Of a DNA stretch of 64,000 bases, positions 39,364 to 51,084 are shown piece after piece. Each line of letters starts with the position of its first letter. The first letter of the stretch is position 1. Location: contig JARDVH010000140.1 of the NCBI GenBank assembly GCA_030324005.1, forward strand, positions 18,239,106 through 18,303,105. The letters run 5' to 3'. The notes beneath the pieces were generated by a model. The model searched no databases. It saw only the letters and a list, made by a program, of their open reading frames with translations, and had not been told where the DNA came from. The stretch is from Negaprion brevirostris (Eukaryota). A program made the translations under genes and the position numbers.

Positions 39364-40573
39364 AGTCCAAGAATATTTAACTATGCATGTAGCTGATCAC
39401 AGCCTGAAGTATGCAGATGTGATCATCTCTGGCTGTCTAAACATACTATGGGACACCAAGTTCACACATTATCCTGACTGGAACATACATTTGCAGTTCA
39501 TCATTGGATCAAAAATCTAGGAATTCATTATCTGATGTGGAAACAAGTTTGCAGGAACTGCAGCAATTAAAAAGGTTGATTAACATCTGCTTAGGACAAA
39601 CAAAAAATGTGATCCAGTCAGCATCACCTACATCCATGAACATTTTAAGAGTGAATGCATTTGTTTACTTTCAGTTCTTGTGCTTTTTACTAATCGTCCA
39701 CACTCTTACCAGTGTACTTCTGTTAAAACAACAGGTAGCCAAAGTTAAGTTGTAAGCTTAAAATTATTTATGGAAAATTTATGGAAGCTGCATTGATCTT
39801 ACATAAATGGGTATGAATTTTGGTGTGCAAAAAACCACAACCAGGGTGCACCAAAATTTAGTCTTCATACACATCCTGGACTCCTGAGTGTTTCATCTCA
39901 GCAATAAAAAAAGCACCAGCATAAATATTTGTTAGGTTCAGGAAAGGCTATACAAAACTACAGCAGAAATATCTGATGCTACACCTATCCATTCAGCAAT
40001 GTCCATCATCCCATCTGAATGGTACTAGCAATATCAGACACATTTTCTGGTAGAAAGACAGCCATACAAAGACTTGGAGCTTGGTACCCGATTGTCACAA
40101 GTATCCTCAAATACATTTTTAAATCTTTAAGATGAAATCAATTACACGCAAGGCTAAAGATTTGTTTTGCAGAATGAGCACCGTTGAGCTTCAGCATGCC
40201 AAAAAATAATTTAAGTCAGGAAAACTATATTGTCATACATTTACTGGGTCAAACCCCTGGAACTATCCCCCCCCCAACAATACTGTGTGTGTGTTCCCGT
40301 AGTGCTCCAGGAACACCACCATCTCCTCAAGAGCAATTACGGATGGACAATAAACATTAGCCTATCCAGCAACACTCACCCGCCCCCCCAAAAAATGACA
40401 GACTTATTCTGAGCAAACTTCCATTTTCTCTTACACATTGTTCCACTGAATCCCCAGGTTTATTTTTTCTTAGGAGTGATTCACCTTAACAACATCACCC
40501 AAAGGACAGGCAATATAGAAACATTTAAAAGACAGATATCTGCTTTGTGCAGAAATTGTTTGAACCAGCATAT

Positions 40574-40856
40574 GGGCAACACCGTGGCACAGTGGTCAAC
40601 ACTGCTGCCTTAGTGCCAGGGACTCAGGTTCAATTCCACCTTGTTTGTGTGGGTTTCCTCAGAGTGCTCCAGTTTCCTCCCACACTCCAAAGATGTGCAG
40701 GTTAGGCAGATTCGCCATGCTAAATTGCCCATTAGCAGTCAGGCAGATTAACAGGGTAATTATGTGGGGTTACAGGGATAGGACCTGGGTGGGGTTGTCA
40801 TCGGTGCAGACTCGATGGGCTGAATGGCCGCCTCCTGCGCTGTAGGGATTCAGTGA
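40574..40856 (+). mobile_element. V-SINE/HE1-like SINE
   Basis: gggcaacaccgtggcacagtggtcaacactgctgcc head, body and CR1-like tail. Confidence 0.9.
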
Positions 40857-41774
40857 AAGTGTAAATGAATATGCATGTTTCAATTTTACATTATTGGATA
40901 TAATTTAACATAACTACTTATGCAGGCCTGACTTTGGAAACCCTATTCATTCATTGTGATTATTACTGTGTAGCATTGCTAGAGAGAGCAGCAGTGCTCA
41001 GGGAGACAGTCAACACAAATAACTTGTGTTGACTGCACAAAGTGACCTCATGGAAAGTTTTATAAAAAGCTCCCAATGATCAGAGATTATTGTTGGGTCC
41101 TCCCCCAGCCACATGCTCAAACCGTTTCTAATTGCACCCTGTAACAGGATGGCACTCGAGAACCACTATCCTCAACCATGCAACTATATAAAGAGTGTGT
41201 GTTGTTTTGTTTACATAGCAACAAGCAGACATACATCAACATGAACCTGACAGATACAATGCTAGTTATTTTAAACTTTAAAACTTATTTGCTTCATAAG
41301 ATCTAAAGTTTAGAGAAACGGTGCACATTGACATTGGAAGACAGTCACAGCAGGAAGATCTTTAAAACAGCATTTTCAACCTTATGTCAGGACATCATTG
41401 ATAAAAAACCTTTATCCATCCACTGATAAAGAAAGCTTACGAATGTATGTAGGGGACATGAGCTCCTATCAGAAAACAAAGTATGTTATTCGAGTAAGAT
41501 TACTTAGGTCATGTGAAATTTCTCTCTTGTCATTTAACACAGATTTCTTCTGTGGGGATCTTTTGTTGGTGGTATTTTGCCCTAGCTTGCTGATGCAACG
41601 TTTAGCATTTTATGAATAAAGGTTTAATGTTCAGTGCAGAGATCTGCTGGCAAGAAGCCAGTTAACATCTTTCAGGCTCAGACTCAAGCTACATTATAAA
41701 TCAGTTGTGTGTCTTTACAGAATGTCTAAAGGTTATTTTAGACTCATTACTGTAATCTTATCACACATTAGTCC

Positions 41775-42046
41775 ACATCTAATTATATTGGCAATGACAT
41801 TTTGGGAAAAGGTAATACTATTAATAGAGGGGTGCTACAATCTGAAAATAGAAATTACTGCAGCAAAAATAATGAACAATTGATGGCTAAAAAGAACGCA
41901 ACATACCCAGCAGGAGAGTAAGGGTAAATAAGCCAGACAGGGGAAAGGAAGGCGAGGTGGAAGGACAAACAGAATGAACCATTGTGAAAGAGGGGAGAAA
42001 AAAAAATCAACCCAGGGCCCATTTCACATTATCCAAAGTAAATAAT
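41775..42046. repeat. Right arm (core) of the long inverted repeat
   Basis: acatctaattatattggcaat...gacaaacagaatgaaccattgtgaaagaggg...gggcccatttcacattatccaaagtaaataat is the reverse complement of 39124-39363, with indels. Confidence 0.92.
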
Positions 42047-42496
42047 CAATGTTTTAACAAGATACAGTAATTATTAGCATCAATTTAAAAAACAAGCATG
42101 ATATCCAAGAATGGCTAAAATCATAATCATTATTTCTAATATTATGTTGACTAAAAGTATTTGTTAAATCATGAAACAAATCCTAATTGTTAAAAAACAA
42201 CAAAAACATTTTCTGCATGAATAAGCTGATTTAATTAATACACAAACAAGCATTCTGTAACAACAAGGAGTCAGTTACAAGGCATTCATTCCAGCAGAGG
42301 GGTCACATCACAAAATGTGACAACCAAACCCTTATGGCTAATCATGTTACCTGAATCCTTCAAAAGTAATTATTCTGCGTTATAATTTCAGTATTTATTT
42401 CAGTCTTACATCTTCACTGTATTAAAGCAATGAAAGTTTCACCACCAATTACATATGCTGGTAAAGTGGCAACCGTCCAAGTATGATGTTTCTTAC

Positions 42497-42615
42497 CTAT
42501 CCTTGAAGAAATCCATTCCTAATACAATACTTTCTTCTGTATCTTGTCTGCCATTGGTGGAAACTACCACCATGTACCGCGTTAGATCCAGGTACGCACT
42601 TTCCAACCGCACAGC
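42497..42615 (-). CDS. SSH2: SSH2 coding exon (approx. exon 5): AVRLESAYLDLTRYMVVVSTNGRQDTEESIVLGMDFFKD(S)
   Basis: Hand translation matches the Slingshot N-terminal domain. Acceptor ttccag, donor AG|gtaaga. 119 nt. Confidence 0.96.
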
Positions 42616-43445
42616 CTGGAATTATTTAAAAAGAAAATTTTCTGAAAAAAGTTCAGATTAAAATCTTGATTGAATAAAGCCAAATATATTAGGTCAATTT
42701 ATTACACCTTCTCTCAATCTGGGGATAACTATCCAGTTTGCCTGACTATCAGTATTTATTTCACAAAGGTAGACTGTGCCTACAAACATAGCAACATACA
42801 AGTCAATATCTAAATGTACGTTCAGTGACATGGGAATGCTTATAGTCACCTGATCATAAATACAAGCTAGTTTACAGCTATTGCCAAATCCTTTAACTTG
42901 GATTGGTCATTGCAAAGTACTAAAAGACCAACACATTCTAGTATGATTTCTGTTAAAACTAAACCCTCATTTTTGTTCACTGACCATGATAAACAGAAGA
43001 ATTGGCATGTGGTATGGCTTGTGTATAGTTAAATATTAAAAAAACAGCCTGCTCAGCTATTAAATAAGATCTATTAAGGCTGATCTTGAACCTCACTTTC
43101 CCGCCATAATAACAAAGCTTGAAATGCTTTGTTCCATAAATATTGCAAATATGATTGGATGGAACCTGACCTGTCACAGGCCACTTTTGATTTCAATTTT
43201 GGCACCATTGAACTGAGTGGCTTGTTAGTGTTATGGTTCAGATTGGAAACTCCGATGTGTTTTATGAAGCCTGTCTGAATCGTAAGTTTTGCATTGAATT
43301 TGGCCAGGATAAGAATGAGATGTTTCACTTCAGGTATGATTCAAGTAACCCACTAGGGAGGTTTCATCAAACAAAATTTACTTAAGAATATAATTAACAT
43401 GTATACTAAGAAAATTAGCAAGCAGTTTTATCAAACAAGAAACAA

Positions 43446-43579
43446 GAAAGAAGTCTCACAACACCACCTGATGAAGGAGCAGTGCTCCGAAAGCTCGTGA
43501 TACCAAATAAACCTGTTGGACTCAACCTGGTGTTGTGAGACTTCTTACTGTGCCCACCGCAGTCCAATGCCATCTCCAC
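43446..43579 (+). mobile_element. Penelope-like element terminal fragment with inverted 5' segment and long TSD
   Basis: Perfect 19-bp inverted repeat (43448-43466 / 43528-43546), internal aataaa, and flanking duplication atcaaacaagaaacaa / atcaagcaagaaacaa (15/16). Confidence 0.75.
43465..43499 (+). ncRNA. Minimal type-I hammerhead ribozyme motif
   Basis: CAC-CTGATGA-A-GGAGC(agt)GCTCC-GAA-AGCT-C-GTG: stem I CAC/GTG, catalytic core, 5-bp stem II, palindromic stem III and a UC cleavage site after 43496. Confidence 0.75.
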
Positions 43580-46500
43580 ATCAAGCAAGAAACAATAATA
43601 ATGTAAAACCCTTAACAAATATCTCTACAATGTTCCAGTCAAACTAATCCCACAGACAACAGATGCTCTTCACAGATTTAACACAATACAGACTTATGCT
43701 CACGTGATACTGGGATCAAGGCCGTTAGTTGAATTCTGCAGTCAAATGCTCTTGAGACTCAGAACAGTGTGAAGACAAGACAGCATCCCAAAACACCAGA
43801 GACACTCTGGTCCAGCCCCCAAAAACAGCAGATTTTCACCCTTCAGGCAAACAAGANNNNNNNNTCAGCAAACCAATGTAGTTTTCAAATCAACAGGGAG
43901 AGAGGGAAAACATTTCTTTTCACTTGCTGTCCCTTCTAAAGCTAAACACGTAAACATGCAGCTCCAAACAAACTGAAATCTGTCACCCGACCTGCCCAGT
44001 CTTTTTTCTCCTCCCAATGACATCAGCTAAGGCTACGAGTATGAATTAAAAAAATAACTCAAAAGAAGATACATTAACATCACATGTGGCTGACTCTTAA
44101 TTGTCCTATTTCAGAGGACAATTAAGAGTCAGCCACATTTCTGTAGGTCTGGAGTCAAATGTCGGCCAGATCAGGTAAGGGCGCATGTAACTGAACTAGA
44201 TCAGTGACAACAATCAATGACAGTTGCCATAATCATCATTAGTGAAACAAGCTTTACATTCTAGATTTTATTCATTCAATTCAAATTGCACCAACTGGTC
44301 TGGTGGAAAATATCCAAAAACAAATGTAGGTTTTTTAATCCAACCTGCATAATGAAACAGTGGATATCCATTCATATAAATGGGGCTCAAAAAAACTCAC
44401 CGTCCCATTCTTTCCCACCATACTCAGTAGAATCTTACAGCAAAAAAGCAAAAGGTTCTAAAGACTTAATTTAGGCTAGACAGAACACTCCTTGGCTCTC
44501 ACAAGCAAAATATGCAGATCTGCATTCTCAGGTTTCCCCCACCTCAGCACTTCCTACCCATGAACTACTACCAAAACCATCCCCTTACAATGTATCTGTA
44601 CAAGTAGATGGCCTGATCTTTGCCCATCAGCAACTCGTTAGTTGTCTCTTTCTTGATTTTTAGGAAGACCAATGGTGAGGGTGATGCAAATCAGGCCTGG
44701 AAGTCAAGATATTCCAGGGTTCAAATTTACACTGTCGGGAGGGACGGAGTGGGAAATCTGTACACCCGTGTGTGTATCCTCACACATCCTTCATTAAAAT
44801 TCTATCCAGACAATGCTGTCTATCATAGTACCACAAAAGATCTTGGCGACCAACGCACTTCATTATCACCTGCCACATCACAAGATTTACTGTAACGCGC
44901 ACTTAGTTTTCCCAAGAGAAGTTGCAAAGTAAACTTCCTAAACATTTGTGCAGCAACAGGAGTTATTTTTAGCTATCTATTACCAATAGCAACTTTCATG
45001 CTGTGTTAGGTTTACAATAACCAAATTAGTATAATTCACATTTATAAGAACAGGCTCTTTGTGGAACTTGCATAATTGCACAGGACATCCACCTTATTTT
45101 CACCCTTTTTTGTCTCACTATAAACCATATCTCAGCTGCTTACTCAATGATTTCTGAAAATGCTAATCTTGAGTTGGTTTCTAGGAGTTAGAAGAGGGCC
45201 CTATTTTAAAACTAATTCACCTTCAGACTTCTAAATTTTCCTGAGTTAAAAAAATGTTGCATTTATATCATGCCCTTTTCAACTTCATGAAGTCACTGTT
45301 ACAACACAAGGAAATGCAAAAGTCAATTCTGTGCTTAACGAGCCCAAGTGTCCAAATAACCAATTTTAGTACTATGGGTTGAGGAATAAATATTTGGCAG
45401 GACATGTGCAGACCTTCACTACTCTCTTCCAAATTCTGCCATGGGTGCTTTAAATGCACCCAAAAGGGACCTTGATTGAACATTGCATTCTAAAAGGTAA
45501 TTCCAAAAGTATACTGTTCATGTAATATTACACTGGAGTGCTAGCTGAGATCCTCCAAATCCTTATGGGGATTGCTCTGATTCCCATGGCGGGAGGGACG
45601 GTAAAATTCCGGCCTTAGACTCAATAAATTTAATTTATTAATGTCATGCCTTATAGTGAGGGCAGACCAATTTATGGTTAAGCAGGAGGAGAGTGAGGAA
45701 GCTGTTTCTGTTGCAAGGTACTTTCAATGCAGCTTCTAGATCTAAAAGGCACCTTAAGGAATTTCAATAAAACAGCTGGTAACATTTGTTTGTGTTATTT
45801 CATGGGGTGTCAGCATGACAATGCCAATATTTATTTCCCTTCCCAGCTGCCGTCAAGCCTCCTTTTTGAACTGCTATAGCTTGAATGATGTGGCAATGCC
45901 CAGAGTGCTTTCAGGTAGAGAATTTCAGCATTTTGACCGAATGTTGAAGGAATGACGATATTTTAAAATAAACTTTATTTATTAGTCACAAGTTGATTTA
46001 AATTTACTGTGAAAATATTTTCCAAGTAGGATAGTGTGGGTGACTTAGAGATGGTAACGTTCCCATGCAATGGTTGCGCTAGTTCTAGATTTGAAAGCTG
46101 CTGACAAAGGAGCATTAATGAGTTTCCTCCATATATTTTATGGATAACACTTACTGCAGCCACATAGTGTCAGTGTTGGAGGAAGTGAATGCTAAAGGTA
46201 ATAAGTATTTATGGAATATGGAAAATTGGTAACAGGGAAGGTAAACTCATTGAATAGATGTAATAGATTATACNNNNNNNNNNNNNNNNNNNNNNNNNNN
46301 NNNNNNNNNNNNNNNNNNNNNNNNNNNNNNNNNNNNNNNNNNNNNNNNNNNNNNNNNNNNNNNNNNNNNNNNNNNNNNNNNNNNNNNNNNNNNNNNNNNN
46401 NNNNNNNNNNNNNNNNNNNNNNNNNNNNNNNNNNNNNNNNNNNNNNNNNNNNNNGACACCATACACTCAGTTCCCTCCTCCAGATCATCTATATAAATGG

Positions 46501-47734
46501 TAAATAGCTGAGGCCCCAGCACCGACCCCTGATGATGTGTTTTTGAAGAAGTGTAGCCAGTGCTGTAACGTAGGAAACACAGCAACTGATTTGCGCTCAG
46601 CAAATTCCCACCAAAGGGTCAGCTTTAGTTAACCACAGCAGTTATACAGCTAACATTCAGCGTTTTAGAGATGATGTCAACATAATCTATAATTAAACAA
46701 TGTGTGCAGTAAAATTAAATGCCAAAGATACCATTTGACCAGAATCTTTCAGCAAACCAATTAGTTTTGTTATGCAGCTACTTAGCAAAAGAGTAGCTTG
46801 AACAATGCAGGAAGATCCGCAGCCCCAAATCATTGTACAACTATGCAGAACAAAGACAGATTCAAACAAAAATCTACACTGATCACAATGCGTCTAAAAC
46901 ATTAAATACATTTTTGCTACATTATATTTTTTCTTGGAGACAGGACACCCATAACTTCAGACTGATAAGTGCTCAGGAACGGCAGATACATGTTAAACAG
47001 AAATATTATCATACATCATATCATGATTCACTTTTTGGGATACTTTTTTTTGAGGGGGGAAAGCAGGAAGAGGCAAGCTACAATTGAAGTCAAGTTCTCC
47101 TCAGTCTTATTAGGTTCAATTGTGGATATGGATAGGTCAAACAGGCTATTGTCAGACTACAGCAGGTTATGCCCAAACAGCTAACTGATGGTAACAAGTC
47201 CTCAACAACAGCATACAGAATTAAATGTCAAGAATTGCAAGCAATATTACTGTGTAGCAATGTCATTTGTATAAAGTAACTGCATTTCTGAATTACCTTG
47301 CATGCAAATAGTCCCATGCAATTTCAGCCTTTATGAGTCTGGATTGCTGTGTTTTTAATCAGCCAATTACAATGTAAAATATGCACTCAGATCAGTGAGT
47401 AGGAACTAAGCACTAAGCAACCCCCATTTTTACTAGACAGAACNNNNNNNNNNNNNNNNNNNNNNNNNNNNNNNNNNNNNNNNNNNNNNNNNNNNNNNNN
47501 NNGATACAATTTTGATATTTTACAACAGCTGTACAAGAAGCAAGTTGGTAAAGCCAATGCTCTAGTGAATAGATAACCACAGATTTGTAAACACAGCAGA
47601 CATTATAATTTGATATGACCTAGGTGGACTATAATTCTTAAAGTAAAGTAAACTCATCAAAAAATAAGTGACTGTAGTTTTGAAACTCTGGAAAAGTAAA
47701 AATTGCAATCAAGCACACTAAGATCTTAGGAAAT

Positions 47735-47825
47735 TTAAGCTTATTTATTACTAGTCACAAGTAAGGTTTACATTTACACTACAATGAAGTTACTGTGAAA
47801 TTCCCTTAGTTGCCACACTTTGGTA
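47735..47825 (-). mobile_element. Isolated SINE tail of the alternative-tail type
   Basis: Reverse complement of gtggcaactaagggaatttcacagtaacttcattgtagtgtaaatgtaaacc..ttgtgactagtaataaataaa. Similar fragments lie at about 49043-49112 and 45968-46020. Confidence 0.75.
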
Positions 47826-48152
47826 AATTACTGGAGATCTGTACGTGCCAGTCTGCGTGCTTTGTCTCTATAAGATTCTTCAATGGAAAGCATGCAAGGA
47901 GATCAAAGTTTTTTTTATGGTTCTGACTTCTACTGCTGGGTACCATGATAAGCTGGATTCAAGTGCTGAATCACTCAAGTTGCCATCTTTATATTTTAGT
48001 GTGCAATGGCAGAACAATCCTAGCTCTGACTGATTACACACTATCTTATATAAATGCTGAAATTGAATTTGCACTAGGATTATTTTAGAATAAGTTACAT
48101 AAATCTAAATTTGGAACTGGTGCACGTAAGATGGAGGTTGATTTCTGCATAG

Positions 48153-50103
48153 TGTTAAGAATCTAAATACGAAGCTAGAAAAATGTTAAATATAGGTGTA
48201 ATGTCAAAACCATGTTAAGGGTGTGAGTTTTTGCATAAAAAGGAGAAATGTGGTTTGTACATGTGAATTCAAAGTAACAGATTTATTGAAGAAATGTTCT
48301 CTGCTCTGCACCAATTACAAAATTGGAAGTAAAATAGCAGCCTGCGGCAACACCCTAATGACATCACCATCAAATCATGTGATCAGCTCTTAAAGCAATC
48401 TGCAAACCGTTTAAATATATAAAAAGGTTACAATTTGACACTATTTTCAAGTTTTACTATGAATCTGGCAATTGAGTATAGCAGATATTGGATGGATAGT
48501 GTGAAGAAAATAATGGTAATTTTAAGGGATTTATATTTCTAAACATTAGAAATAAGGTACAGTTTTAAGTGGGTTTAATTTAACATTTCCCTGCCTGGAA
48601 GAGTAAAACCTTTAAGCGTGGGGGTTGTTTTCAATTCCGCTATGATTCTATTGTGCTCAAGGGGGTTAGGATATGAAGAGTAAATGGAAGTAAGTTTTTG
48701 CATAGCAACAGGAGACCACTTTCCAGAAGGAAGGGCTTTCCTTTGTTCATAGTTTTAAGAGCATTTGGAGACAGGAACTGGGGAGTGAACAGCTCCCAAT
48801 TCTGTCAGAAGATGATGCAAAGCTCTAACTTCCTAAGAAACAAAATACAATCCAGATAACTAGGGAATTGGGACAGAAAGAACGTTTAACACAACTGGAG
48901 TTAAGAGAACAGAGATCAAGGTGTTGTTCAGAAGAATTCAAGGTAAGGAAATGCAGGGTTCTGATTAAAGAAGCAATTGCAGTAAACAGATTTAAAGTGG
49001 AAAAGCAAACTTCAGATGTAAATCAGAAGTGTTTATGACTACAAGTTTATTTTATTTATTTGTCATAGGTAGGTTTACATTAACATCGACATGAAGTTAC
49101 TGTGTAAATCCCATTTTACTACAGACTGGAAATTGAGAATTAAAGCAATTATGAATAGCTTGCACAGCAGTCAAGCCAAAGAAATCCTAAAGGGGTCAGT
49201 GTAAATCCTGAACTAGACTTCTGGTTAAAAGTGGAGCAGAAGTTTTATTTAAAAGTGTAATTGGAAAAGCTGGACTGAATTTCAGAATGCCAATCACTAA
49301 GGGAAAGCATATTCCTAGAAGTCATCGAATCCCGATAGTGCACGTGGCCATTCAACCCATCAAGTCTGTACTGACTCTGTGATATAATACCTTACCCAGA
49401 CCTTTTCTCCCACCCTTAACCCTACATATTTCCCATTGCTAATCCATCTAACCTACACATCTTGAGACACTAAGATGCAATTTAGCATAACTAATCCACC
49501 TAACCTGCACATCTTTGGAGTGTGGGATGAAACTGGAGCACCCAGAGGAAACACACACAGACACAAGGAGAATGTGTAAACTCCAGAGACACCCAAGGCT
49601 GGAATTGAACCTGGGTCCCTGGCGCTGTGAGACAGCACTGCTAGCCACTATTGATATTGAGAGAAGATTTTAAAGCATGTTTTTGGGAATAGAGTTTGAA
49701 AACTTCCATGAGACAATCATCTGGCAGGAATTTTGGGAAGAAATCCACAAACACTAACTTGGGTTCAGAGTGGAGTGCATGTATTTGATCACAGCCAATC
49801 TCGTCTGTTAATGAGACCATTGTAGCTTAATCAACTAAGGAGTGAGCATCTGATCTACGTGCATGACATTACTTTGTAAACAGTGTTAATCTTAAAATCT
49901 GTGTATTTATTAAGCCAAAGGGGGAATAAAGGAGTATAAGAGAATTCAATTTTTGCATGTTCAATAAATGCTTTTTCCTTGTTAAAACTAGTTTGACCCT
50001 CTTCCTTCATGTTTTATTAAAAAAAGCAAAAGTTTTAGTCTTTCAGCCAGGGTTCCATTCTGGGATTTCCCATTCAGCTATAAAACCAACAGCAATTATA
50101 ACA
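48153..50103 (+). mobile_element. Solo LTR (Gypsy-like) with nested SINE insertions
   Basis: Termini TGTTAAGA...TTATAACA flanked by a perfect 4-bp TSD ATAG/ATAG, with aataaa near the 3' end. Contains SINE 49320-49650 and a SINE tail at about 49043-49112. Confidence 0.8.
49320..49650 (-). mobile_element. V-SINE/HE1-like SINE
   Basis: Reverse of tagtggctagcagtgctgtctcacagcgccagggacccaggttcaattcc head, body and tail. Confidence 0.9.
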
Positions 50104-50669
50104 ATAGGAACACCTACACCATGATGAGTGTACACTTGATGACTACAATAAATAACTACACTATGACAGCCATTTTTCTTTTATTTAAAATGTGATTTAT
50201 CCTTTTCTTTCCAGATTCCATTTCCAAAACTATGCATCATCCTTCACTGAACATCATTAAGTGAGTTCACTGACTACTGCCAGCACTTCTCTGGGTCAGC
50301 AGTAAGGAATATATAAAAGATCTCTGAATTGGTACCCTAACTTTCTAACTCCCACCAATGTAAAAAAAAATGCCTTCTTCACACGCTTGCAACTCACCAT
50401 AAATTAAATCCCCAACTTTAGTCAGGGCGAAGGGTAGCGGGTAGGGTTGAGTTAGTGAATCAATCCAATGTTTTTGCATTGAACGTTAAATGCAAGGTCA
50501 AAGTTGGCCAGTGTCATGCATATGATCAGACGCTCACTCCTCAGTTGATTCCATGATACATAGGAGTGCGAAAAAAGTAATTCAATTTCTGTGGGAAAAT
50601 TTCTGTCAATTTAGTCAAAGGCATGGTTCTGAAATGGCAGAGAAATGTGCATATACATGGATAACTCAC

Positions 50670-50734
50670 CAAACGGATGTTATCTTCAGGTCGAAGAAGG
50701 GTAAACATTGCTTGTAGGTGCTGCTGAAGGTCAC
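50670..50734 (-). CDS. SSH2: SSH2 coding exon (approx. exon 4): GDLQQHLQAMFTLLRPEDNIRL
   Basis: Lies within ORF 50541..50747. Acceptor tttcaag, donor TTG|gtgagt. 65 nt, with phase consistent with its neighbours. Confidence 0.96.
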
Positions 50735-51084
50735 CTTGAAAGACCAAAAAAAATTGTAAAGAGCTGGATACAGTAAAGTGAAAGCAATTCTGTCATTAAT
50801 AAGTCTTGATTATTTGTGATAGCTCATTGAATTTCAGTTGCCATAATCGCTTTGATCACTGATATATACATGATCACATGACTCTTCCACATATGCATAT
50901 TTTTCCATTTGTAGATAACATTTTAATCTTTATTTTACATGCACAAATCTCCTACTGTCATGCACTAGTTTCAAGTGAGGAAATAATTTAACCAATGATT
51001 TAATTCAGTTCTCATTATAAAAATAATACTTCTTGCCCTTTAAATTCTTATGTTCCTATATATAATAGAAACTGACACTGTAAA

